NCBI GenBank assembly: GCA_001600695.1 | Contig: BCKQ01000001.1 | Location: forward strand, 245,392-309,391 | Origin: Ascoidea asiatica JCM 7603 | Lineage: Eukaryota; Fungi; Ascomycota | Length of the DNA: 64,000 nucleotides | Direction of reading: 5' to 3' | Shown here: positions 23,501 to 33,133 of the stretch, piece by piece | Layout: each line of letters starts with the position of its first letter | Position numbering within the stretch: position 1 is the first letter of the stretch | Notes under the pieces: model-generated | Database searches by the model: none | What the model was told of the DNA's origin: nothing | Seen by the model: only the letters and a program-made list of their open reading frames with translations | Translations under genes and position numbers: made by a program

Positions 23501-24720
23501 TCTGAAGAAACTTTTATAATATCACCAACTGAAATATTTTGCCATTTTTTAGTTACAAAATTACCTGAATTTAAATCCAATACACTTGCTTGAGAAAAAT
23601 TTAATTCTTTATCAGCATTATTTCTTTTAACATCTTCAAAAATTTCTTTTATTGCAGAAACTAATAAAACTACTAATAAAGTACCAATGGTTGTATATCT
23701 ATTAGTTGGACTAACATTTGGAACTTGTTGAATTATTGAGGTAAATAAAAAAAATAAATTTGCATATTTTGAGAATTCTTGAAATAAAAATTTTGGGAAA
23801 AAAGTAGCAAAATTATATTTTGTTGTTGAGATATGATTATCAGTATAACCTTGTTGACTATTGAAAAGTGAATCATTTATATGAATAGTTCTTGGACCAA
23901 CATTATCAAGATCCAAATTTTTCTTACGTAAAATATATTTTTTAAATAATTTTTTAATATCAAATTTATTATGTTTATCAGCATCAGAAGAATTATAAAA
24001 TTCATCAGTATTAATATTATTATTTGAACTATTATTATTTTTATTACTATCATTAACATCTGACATTAATCCATTTGTAGTTGAGCCTGTTGATTTTCTT
24101 CTTGGAGGCTCGTCAAAAGGATTATAAGAAGCTGAATTGGCTGAGTTTTCATTGTTTAAGTTTTGTAAAGGAATATTTTCTTTTTTGTTATTTCCATTGA
24201 AACCAAGTTTTGATTTAACAGATCCTATTACACTTGACCTTTTTTTATTTTGTAAATTATTAGGATTGCTATTATTATTTTTATTATTTATATTGAATAA
24301 AGATTCATCATCTAAATCAACATCATTTTCAATAAATTTATCATTTGTTGTTTGTAAATCTAAATTCATATCAGAAGTTGAGTTGAATGGATTATTTTGA
24401 TAATTTAAATTATTATTACTATTATTAAGATTAGATTGATCTATAGAACTTTGATTATATCTAAAAGGGTCATCGTCATTCACTCTAAAAGAACTGGTAT
24501 CATCGTCAGTTAGATATACTTTATTATTACTTATACTGCTTTGAAAAGAGGTTGTAGCATGTAACTGATTATCATATGGAGTATTTAAATTTTGAGAATT
24601 TGAAGTGAGATTATTTTGATTTCTTTGTTGATGTTGCTGTTGATTAGGATTATTTATATTTGATGAAGATAAAAAATCCACATCAAATATATCATTTGAA
24701 CTCCCCTGTTGGTTACTCAT
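20503..24720 (-). CDS. DRS2: P4-type phospholipid flippase
   Basis: DNHISTTKYN, ETANLDGETNLK, PISL, DKTGTLT, GDGANDV, the QQ motif in TM1-2, N-terminal NPF motifs and the C-terminal autoinhibitory RGFAFSQ. Confidence 0.96.
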   Translation of the reverse strand: MSNQQGSSNDIFDVDFLSSSNINNPNQQQHQQRNQNNLTSNSQNLNTPYDNQLHATTSFQSSISNNKVYLTDDDTSSFRVNDDDPFRYNQSSIDQSNLNNSNNNLNYQNNPFNSTSDMNLDLQTTNDKFIENDVDLDDESLFNINNKNNNSNPNNLQNKKRSSVIGSVKSKLGFNGNNKKENIPLQNLNNENSANSASYNPFDEPPRRKSTGSTTNGLMSDVNDSNKNNNSSNNNINTDEFYNSSDADKHNKFDIKKLFKKYILRKKNLDLDNVGPRTIHINDSLFNSQQGYTDNHISTTKYNFATFFPKFLFQEFSKYANLFFLFTSIIQQVPNVSPTNRYTTIGTLLVVLLVSAIKEIFEDVKRNNADKELNFSQASVLDLNSGNFVTKKWQNISVGDIIKVSSEEPIPADLILLASSEPEALCYIETANLDGETNLKIKQGKTETSHLINPNDLKNLSGSVISEAPNSNLYTYEGLLNLHQGHSTKEIPLGPNQMLLRGATLRNTPWIHGFVIFTGHETKLMRNATATPIKRTAVERIINLQIVALFSILIVLALVSSLGNIIKLSVNSEHLSYLYQTSENKAKLFFKDILTYWILFSNLVPISLFVTVEIIKYYQAYMIGSDLDIYYEEFDQPTICRTSSLVEELGQIEYIFSDKTGTLTRNIMEFKSCSIGGHCYIEEIPEDKNAMTLDDGTEIGFNTFGKLKSTLYNYDNDQSKYIDEFLLLLASCHTVIPEVKSDGKIKYQAASPDEGALVEGAAYLGYTFTSRKPKTITIETPQGEELEYELLNICEFNSTRKRMSAIFKCPDGIIRLFCKGADTVILERLNKDNNPFIDATVRHMEDYASEGLRTLCISSRIVPEREYLQWAEIYDKASTSLTNRADELDEAAELIEKNLFLLGATAIEDKLQDGVPDTIHTLQEAGIKIWVLTGDRQETAINIGMSCKLLSEDMNLLIINEENKEDTRRNIQTKLEAFNEHEINDEEIDSLALVIDGKSLGFALEPDLDQKLLEIATKCKAVICCRVSPLQKALVVKMVKKHKKAILLAVGDGANDVSMIQAAHVGVGISGMEGMQAARSADFAIGQFKYLRKLLLVHGSWSYQRISQAILYSFYKNICLYMTQFWYVFFNCFSGQSIMESWTLTFYNVFFTVFPPFVLGVFDQFVLARLLDRYPQLYQLGQKSKFFNVKIFWGWVINGFYHSLIIYFGTMFIYGYGNSLNTGVIADHWTWGTALYTSAVLTALGKAALITSLWTKFSVFAIPGSFIIWVIFFPIYATVAPLINVSGEYRGVLAHTYPTAVFWATSFVIPFLCLLRDLLWKYYKRMYLPESYHHVQEIQKYNIQDYRPRMEQFQKAIRKVRQVQRMRKQRGFAFSQAEEGQEKIIRMYDTTKARGKYGEVVGVNE

Positions 24721-26943
24721 ATTATTTTCGTTATATTGATAAAATTGATATGTTATTTGAAATTAAATTATGGCTTTGATTATTGATAGGATTGTAGTTG
24801 TAATTCATAATTATTTTATCAGTTTAATGTAAATGTAATTTGGCAAAGCAGATATGAATTGGAGATAAAGATTTTTTTCTTTCAAGTCAAATCCAAATTA
24901 ACTTTCTTAATCTAGAGAATTTAAATGTATAGGAAAATAAGATGTCTAATCTATATAGATCATTACAGTTACTTTTGATATTTGATATGCCTAGACTCTT
25001 TAATATATTTGAAATTTTTAGTATTTATTATTTATTATTCAATATTTAATATTTGATATTTGACCTGATTTGAGCGTTTTGGAGATTGACACTTGGTAAG
25101 TGTTAAAGGTTACTATCTGTTTTCACTGGGAAGGAGACCGTGGTAGTTTTATCAACTATCCCACTTTAAAATTTGAATCATGTGCTATTTTTGAGTTAAG
25201 GGATTTTGGAGTTTGGTTTTGAAGGAGGGCTGAGGGAAAATGTCTTGCTACAAAGAGGGAATTTCGTGTCATTCTGAGAGCATTTTTATGGTACTGGGCT
25301 GAAATATATTTATATAGTAAATAAATAAAGCAATGAAATAAAGCACTGCCTTTGTTTTTATTCTATTTTGCCTGGGCTTATGAGCTAAATACTTAATGGA
25401 TTGAATGAGTGAATAAGTGACTATGTGATTTAAGTTATTTGATACAAAGGTTTCAAAAATAGGAGTTTGGATGCTTTAATCTATTTACCTATGAGATGTA
25501 ACAGATCAAAATACTATAGGAAAGATAATAAGGATTTTATAATCTTTCAAAAAAATATTTCATTAGTAGATAAATAATAATTCCACAAGGTTCCTTAAAT
25601 TTGGCGACTTTGATAATAAATTCAATTGATTATAAAAATATATATCTACAGACTATCGTTTTAGGAATAAATTCTAAGTGAGAGTGTTACATATCTAATA
25701 TGGGGCTTTCTTTTAATAGATTACAAATGATTATTCTACTTAGTGTGTTATATTAAAGTTAGACTTTTATTTAGGTATGCACTATTTCTATAACTCTTTA
25801 ATTTTTGATCTTTTTGGGGAATTTACGTAATCATATTAATAATCTACAGTTATGAATAATAATCTTTCAAAAGTATTTTTAATAGTGGTATTCGAGGTTG
25901 TCAAGTGATAATTGAATGGCTAATAAAAAAGTTTATAAGAAGTTAGCTAATCCAGCGTTTCTGTTTACTAGATTAGTCAATGATTTATTTTTTGGTTTAG
26001 TTGGTAATAATGCGTTTAGCAATTTCAAAGATGTCTGGGATATCATTTAATGGGACTATTTCTAAAAAAAAATTTGATCTTCTTATTTTTTTCATTCATT
26101 TCAATGATCAAGTATGGAATTTTTTATTCAATTGAACTATCAAAGTGAATTCAAATTCTAAGGGTTAATAAACTATTTTCTTTGAAATTTCCTATAATTC
26201 ATGAATTCCAAAAGATTTATCTTTTTCACTGAAAAATAATTATAATACTCGATTTTTGAATTTCAAAAAAGTAATTTGAATCAATTCTAATTACATAATT
26301 TTGTCTGAGTTTTATTTCAAAAATTTCCAAGTCTGTTAATAATTCAATCAAAATTGATATTTAAGTTTATTGAAAATATTCTAAATATTTAATCTGAGAT
26401 TCTGTAAGGTTAATTGGAGTCGCGTGAAATATAAAATGACTCAATCTTTAAGTGATGTAATAAAAATGAAATAATAAAAATTAAAATTCAATTACAGTTG
26501 TATGAAATTATGAAATAGAGTGAAAAAAAACCAATCTTTACTATGAATTCCGCTTAGATGAAAAGGCTTTATAAAAAAAAAATTCAATGCAATATAAATC
26601 TTAAAAACTGGAGAAAATAAAAGGAGATTTCTGCTAGTGATATTAAAATTTTTTTTGTTCATATGAATTACTAATTATTCAATCAACTAGATTCAAAACA
26701 GGTAGTAGTTTTTTTTTTTATTTCTTTGGAAACAGTTAAGTGACTGGCAGTTGTTGATTATATATTTTAAATACCAGGCTAACGATGTTTACATTTTTTT
26801 TATAAGAATCCATAACCCATAACACAACAATAATAAATTCAATTCAAATCTCAAATTTGGGTCAATTATATTCCCTAGATGGTGTGTGTGTATGTAAAAA
26901 CTTTACCACATTAATATTTAATAATATTTTATAATAAATGCCA

Positions 26944-26982
26944 AATGTTTATGGTGAATGTTTATGGTGAATGTTTATGGTG
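26944..26982. repeat. Perfect 13-bp tandem repeat (AATGTTTATGGTG)x3
   Basis: Units at 26944, 26957 and 26970, read directly. Confidence 0.9.
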
Positions 26983-28108
26983 TTATTCATTCTCCCATTA
27001 ATGACATAAAGCTGTTCAGGTACACCATTTTTATTGGGCAGCATTTTTCCGGTACCTGGAAGGCATGTTCTACCTGCAAACCTTAAACAAGAGTGCAGGC
27101 ACACGGCGGCTTTTGTCTGTAAGGTACACGTACCTAAGCTGCACGGCAGACGCAAGGGACACTTCTTGGGAATTTTCGTGTTTGGAAGTAGTCCAAATTT
27201 GGAGAAATTACCACTTTGAAAAAAGATATTGATTGAGTATTTGGCAATTTGTATTTGACAATTTGAATTTGGAGTAATAATTGCAGGTTTAATATCTTAT
27301 AATATCTTGATAATACCTTACAATAGTGCTAGGAAATGTGTAATACGTAATGGGCTATTTGAACTAAACTTACAAACCTGGTAACTTGGTAACTGGTTAT
27401 CCTTGTACATTATTATGTTTTTTTCAAATCTCTTAATCAATGGAAATAATCCGATTCTGTTTTGGTAACTATAATTTAGGAAATTATCGATTCCCTTTTT
27501 TCTCATTTCTTCTCTTTTTTTCATTTCCATTAGTAAAATTCTCTAACGTTGCCTGAGTACTTAAAATTAATTCTGAATATGTTTCTTTTAACCAGTTAGT
27601 GTATTAGATTTATCCTTGGATTCATAATAGTTCATAACTGATGATTAATAATTTCTTTTTTTTAAATATATTTTTTTAAAATTTAAAGCCCGTTTTCTTA
27701 TTTTTAATATTGAATAAATTGTTTGGTTTTCAATTAAGGTTAAAGTGTAATAACTTTTAAGAAAAAGAATTAATAATAAAAAACAAGCAAAAAAAAAAAA
27801 AAATCTATTTATTTCATTCACACATTTATATACACAAACGTATCTTGAAATATATATATGTCCTGTTTCCCCAATAGATATTATAGTAAAATTATAAAAT
27901 AAAATTAAAAGTTTACTTCAATTACTGAAGTTCAATCAATAATTCATTCATTCAGTCATTCCTTTAAATTATTAAAAATTCATTTATAATTATTGATTTC
28001 TTTTTCAAATATTTCAAATTTTCATTTCAATTTTCCATATAATAAATTATAATTTATAAGTTATAAGTAACAAGTGTAATAGTAAATAATAAATAATAGA
28101 TTAACAAA

Positions 28109-28609
28109 ATGTCAGATATAGCAATTCCAACCACATACGCTTTTCAAGAAGCAAGTACTTTAGGTACTTCATTTTCTTTAAAATCAGAAATAGATGCAAC
28201 TGATGTTTCACAAACAATTAATACAGAGATATCTTCAGCAACACTGGATGCTACAAGTGTTATTTTAAAAATAAGTTCTAATATAAAAGTTGTTAAATCA
28301 AGCGATGATGAATCTGTTACAGGTATAGTTATTGATAGTTTAACAGATTCTAAAACCGCAAGTATTACATATTCAATTATTCAAACTTCAAGTGCAGCTC
28401 AATTAAAACTTTCCAATTCAAATTCTGGTTCAGATTCAAATTCAGCTTCAAGTTCTATGAGTAGTTCAAGTTCAGGTTTTGGTAATTCAAATTTAAATTC
28501 GAAAATTTTTAATTCTTTCAAGATTCCAAAAGGTAAAGATTCTACTTCAATTGTATTTTATTCTTTGTTTTTAACATCTTCTGTTTTAATCTCTTTAATT
28601 TCAATGTAA
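28109..28609 (+). CDS. Ser/Thr-rich small protein with hydrophobic C-terminal tail, function unknown
   Basis: 166-aa ORF, good ATG context (aacaaaATG), host-like codon usage, C-terminus IVFYSLFLTSSVLISLISM. No N-terminal signal peptide. Confidence 0.6.
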   Translation: MSDIAIPTTYAFQEASTLGTSFSLKSEIDATDVSQTINTEISSATLDATSVILKISSNIKVVKSSDDESVTGIVIDSLTDSKTASITYSIIQTSSAAQLKLSNSNSGSDSNSASSSMSSSSSGFGNSNLNSKIFNSFKIPKGKDSTSIVFYSLFLTSSVLISLISM

Positions 28610-29255
28610 AATCAATCATCATACAAAAAAAATCACTTACGTTCTAATTTGCTTCATTTTAAGATACATTAAATCTATATGTTCGTTTGCTTATTTCATT
28701 TTATTTAACTTCATCTTCCATTATTATATATTTAATTTAGTTCTTTCTTCCATACTACCAATAAGTCGCACATATGCTCTCATTAAGAGTTTGAATTTCC
28801 AAATTCGAGATCAATATATTGTCATACTTATTGGTAGATTCATTTTATATAGTTCATTAACATTACGTTTTTACTTCTTCAAATATTTCAACGCAAGCTC
28901 ACATTAAGCTTGACTGAGAAATTATGATCAACTAAAAATAGTAGTGTTTAAAAATACTGTATATTTTCTTTTCTTTTCCATTCTCTTCACTTCTATTCAT
29001 TTCTCTTCATTTCATGTCTTTTGAATCAAAACCTAGAATAGACTACCAGTAATTCGAATTGAAACACATATTTTGTTTGAATGGTCTGACTTATGCTCTC
29101 TGGAGTTGATCAGTATCATTGATTACTGATTCAATAATGTTGATATTATTGTTTGTGGTCTCTTGTTTTGTGTTCGGAGTGAGTGCCTTTCACAATTCTT
29201 TTTGTTCTTCACTGCAGCTGACTCATCCACACCCAGCCACCAACACACCCGCCGC

Positions 29256-29280
29256 GTTCCAGAAACATCCAGAAATTTCC
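29256..29280. promoter_or_regulatory. Heat-shock element upstream of sHSP copy 1
   Basis: Phased nGAAn array TTCcaGAAacATCcaGAAatTTC. STRE-like AGGGG near 29321. Confidence 0.75.
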
Positions 29281-29445
29281 ACTCGCTTCTGGCGTGATTT
29301 CCGCTTCAGAGTCCATAAAAAGGGGACTCCTTTTTAGTAGTTAAAGTGTTCGGTTCCTGGAAATCTCGGTTATGTTAAAAAAGTTACTTTGAATTACTGA
29401 TTGTTTTATTCTTTGTTCAAATAAAAAATATTAATTTTGTTTGAG

Positions 29446-30394
29446 TTCTAGAAAATGCTGGAATACTCCAAGAGAAATATTGAAGAACTATAGTGAAGTT
29501 TATTTTATTGCTGAATACTGTGGAAGACCATTTTTCTTTGATTTAATGCTTGCTTGCTGAAAGAGTTTTTGCTATTAATGTGCCTCTTCATTTTAATTAA
29601 AAATAATATATAAGGACAAGATGTTTTCAAATAATTTTGGATAAGTTTTGATAAAATATTTTATTCAATTCAATTTATTTTAACTAATTATATCTAACTT
29701 AATTAATTATAATATCCAACTCAATTACTTATCATATAAAACTTACTTTAAAACTACAATTTCAATTAATATAATATCAATTTTATAATGTCTGGTTTAT
29801 TTTACTCACCTTTTTGGGATTTTGCTGCTGGTATTGATGACAGCTTAAATGAATTATATCGTGCATTTCCAAGAGAAGAAATCAAGAATCAAAAAGCAAT
29901 TGGTAAAAAGGAAAACAACAACAAAAAAGGAAAACAAGTTGCCAATGTTAAAAAAGAAAAACCAAGATCTTTAGTTTCTGGATTTTTCCCTGATGATGAT
30001 GATTATAATCTCTGGAACATGGATTTCAAAGATATTGTTCCTCCTGTTGATTTAATCAGTAATGATAAAGATTACGAATTACATTTATCTATTCCTGGTG
30101 CTGAAAAGGATAAAATTAATATTGATTTCAATAAAGAAACCAATTCAGTTACAGTTTCCGGGGAGATTGAAAACCATAAAGAAGAAACCAAAGATAATAT
30201 CAAATATCAAGAAAGATCAACAGGATCATTTTTAAGAACTGTTGCTTTACCAAAAGAGGAGAAATTAGATGATGAACATATCTCTGCTAAATATATTGAT
30301 GGTGTCTTGGTTCTTTCAGTTCCAAAATTAGGTAAAAAAGAAACTGAAAATGTTCGTCGTATTACTATTTCTTAAATTAATATGTTTTCAAATA
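29446..30394 (+). repeat. Direct repeat copy 1 (~949 bp: proximal promoter + sHSP CDS)
   Basis: No differences seen by eye against 39984..40932 (offset 10,538). Confidence 0.93.
29788..30375 (+). CDS. Small heat-shock protein (Hsp20/alpha-crystallin family, Hsp26-like), copy 1
   Basis: PPVDL...YELHLSIPG, VTVSGE, QERSTGSFLRTVALP, ISAKYIDGVLVLSVPK, C-terminal IxI (RRITIS). Confidence 0.93.
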   Translation: MSGLFYSPFWDFAAGIDDSLNELYRAFPREEIKNQKAIGKKENNNKKGKQVANVKKEKPRSLVSGFFPDDDDYNLWNMDFKDIVPPVDLISNDKDYELHLSIPGAEKDKINIDFNKETNSVTVSGEIENHKEETKDNIKYQERSTGSFLRTVALPKEEKLDDEHISAKYIDGVLVLSVPKLGKKETENVRRITIS

Positions 30395-30852
30395 TTTTGA
30401 TTTCTTAATATTTCATTCATATTTTTGCATGTTTTTGCATTTTTTTCTCTTATTTACTTTTTTTTTTTCATATTTTGTTTAGTTTCACATTTATAGTGTC
30501 ATACTTTTTTTATATTTTTATTTTAAAAACTTCTTTTAAAAAATTTTTATATAGCCAAAATGAATGATTAACTTATATCTAAAATTAACAAAAAGTTCTA
30601 AAATTTTCTTTTATTTAAATCTTAGTATACCACTTTTCTATAAAATTATATTTAAATATCTTTATTTTAGTAATTATTATCATTATTATTCTATGAAATG
30701 GATTTACTTTAGGTAATTTTTTTTTAAATTGTACACATGAGTTCTTTATGAGTTATTGATAACTTTATTCTTTCAGGAAATACAGAAAATCATGCAAAGA
30801 ATGTTATTTGAGGTTAATATATTTTATTATAAATTAATTAATTGTGATTAAA

Positions 30853-31479
30853 TTAAGTAAATAAACGAACATAAGCTAATATTAATGCAAATGTACCAGT
30901 ACAAACACCAAATAACCATTGTAATACTTGTGTTTTTACATTATCAATTTGAGTTCTCATATTTGCAATTTCTTGATCAATTCTATTATCAGTTTCTTTT
31001 ATTAAACTTTCATAAGATTTATTTTCTTCTCTAATTCTACCTTTTTCAAGATTTAAATCTAAAGTTACTGAAGATTCTGTTTTTGTTATATCTTCTTTTA
31101 AATTTTGTCTTAATTTTTCTAAATCTAATTTTAATTTTTCATATTCACTATTTACTTTTTGAAATTCACCTCTATCAACAGTTTGTAATTCACCTTTTAA
31201 TTTTGCAAAATCAACTTTTTGTTGATATGACATTTGTCTTAATTGCTCTTTAGTTACTAAATCTTTTGTATAATTACTAATTCCTTTAGTAATAGTATCT
31301 GAAATTATAGATACTGCATTTTTTGCTTGTTCTGATGTAAATCCTTTAGATTCTAATTGCTTAACTATTTCTCTAGTATCAAATGGAGCTGATGAAATGA
31401 ATCTTCTTGAAAAAAAGGCATTATTATTTCTTCCAATTAACCTAATTCCAAAGTGTAATCCAGAATTTATTCCAATCAT
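30853..31479 (-). CDS. FMP32: Mitochondrial DUF1640/CCDC90-MCUR1 family protein
   Basis: Arg-rich presequence, FDT..VKQLE..GFT.EQA, YQQKVDFAKLK, LDLNLEKGRIREE, C-terminal TM QWLFGVCTGTFALILAYVRL. Confidence 0.85.
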   Translation of the reverse strand: MIGINSGLHFGIRLIGRNNNAFFSRRFISSAPFDTREIVKQLESKGFTSEQAKNAVSIISDTITKGISNYTKDLVTKEQLRQMSYQQKVDFAKLKGELQTVDRGEFQKVNSEYEKLKLDLEKLRQNLKEDITKTESSVTLDLNLEKGRIREENKSYESLIKETDNRIDQEIANMRTQIDNVKTQVLQWLFGVCTGTFALILAYVRLFT

Positions 31480-32531
31480 TTCATTCTTTCTTTATTTTTA
31501 ATATGTTTGATATTTGATATTTGATATTTGATATTTAATCTTTTATCTTAAATGCTTGTAGTTAGCTTAAAATTACAGTTGGAGAATCGATTTGCCTCAA
31601 GTGTTTATGATTTATAAAGTTTACCGCTAATAATTTTAGACAGAAAATCATCGAAATTTATAAATAATAGGATAGGAAATGTGCTTTTACGGTGCAAGGG
31701 ATATTCTCAGGACACTGGCTGTCCCATTGAAAGATATAAAAAACAACAAATGTTTTTGTAAATAAAGGAAAAGAGAAGAACATTTTAAATTTGATTACTC
31801 TTATCAATCACAAAATATCAATTTCCAATTATCAATCAATGGCGCTTAGAAATGTTTGTATGAATAACAACATTATAATGGATAATAAAGTAATAGATTA
31901 AAACTAGTTTCATAATACTTATGAATTGGCCAAATGAAGACACAAATAAATTGAACTGGGAGGTAATAAAGTATAATTGAATCTAAGATAAACGAATAAT
32001 ATAATGATCGATGAAAACATGCAAATGTAATTTAAAAGTTGATAAGTTTGAAAATAAAAAGAGGAACCATAAAAGACTTAATGATGTTTTAAAAAAGAAA
32101 ATCTTTGAAAAATATATGGTACAATCTTGTTATGTAATATCTAATTGCAATTAATGATAAACTTTCAAACTTCAATCAACGAAGTATTTTTTTTAATTCA
32201 AATTTTCTTTTAAAATTGAAATGAAATGGCTTACAATTAAAATCTATATAATCTCAAAATAGAACCATCACATTTTTATTCAGAATTTATTAATGACTCT
32301 TTGAATTTTGTTATTTGAATATTCCTCTTTTTATTTTTAATAAAAAGATAAGAACCATGAGTTGTGAACTGAAATAATCTTACAGAATTGCAAATGTACT
32401 TATTTCAAAAGATTAACATTTATTGATTTCAATGTGGCATCCAATTAAAATAAATTTGCTTCGAATATTTGATATTCTTTAAGGTAAAGTAATTATTAAA
32501 ATTCATCACATTTTTTTTCCTTCAAAAAATT

Positions 32532-32538
32532 TGTTTCA
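32532..32538 (-). promoter_or_regulatory. Possible Ste12 pheromone response element (TGAAACA)
   Basis: TGTTTCA on + strand, ~600 bp upstream of STE3. Short motif that could be chance. Confidence 0.4.
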
Positions 32539-32690
32539 GTGATTTCTTAATTGGATTTTACTTTAATTTTTTAAAGGTAAAAAATGAATTCTCACTTTTA
32601 ATTTTGTTTTATTATAATTGAATGTTTTGTGAAAAAAATTTTAAAATGTTTGAATGTTGGATTAGGTAAAAAAAATTAACATATATAAGG

Positions 32691-32716
32691 TTTCCTAATT
32701 GGGACTTCAATGGCAA
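32691..32716 (+). promoter_or_regulatory. Mcm1-MATalpha1 (P'Q-type) alpha-specific gene element
   Basis: TTTCCTAATTGGGACTTCAATGGCAA: Mcm1 half-site TTTCCTAATT, degenerate second half, then TCAATG Q-box core, ~430 bp upstream of STE3. Confidence 0.7.
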
Positions 32717-33133
32717 TATACTAAAATCAAGTAGGTCTTTTAAAGTTTTTAAAGTTTTCAATTTGTGTTAAAGTAAAAAAAAGAATCTATATCAATTCAA
32801 TTTTAATAATAAATATTAACAAAAATACAAAATCAAATTTGGATAAATTATTAAAAAAATTAAAAATGAGATTATTACTTTGATTGTTAAGCTTGGAAAT
32901 TAAATCTTTTCTTTTCTTATAAAGATAATCAATGATATCTTGAAAATGCTATTAATAATTATATGATTTCCCATTTTTTTTAAAATTCTTTTTTCTTTCA
33001 ATTTTCAATTTTTAGAATTATTTTATTGTCAATAAATTATTTGTTTATAAAATAAAACAAATTGAACTGAGTTGAAATAAATTGAATTAATTTAATTTTT
33101 TTTAGAATTGCAGTTAAATTCAAATAAAAAAAA

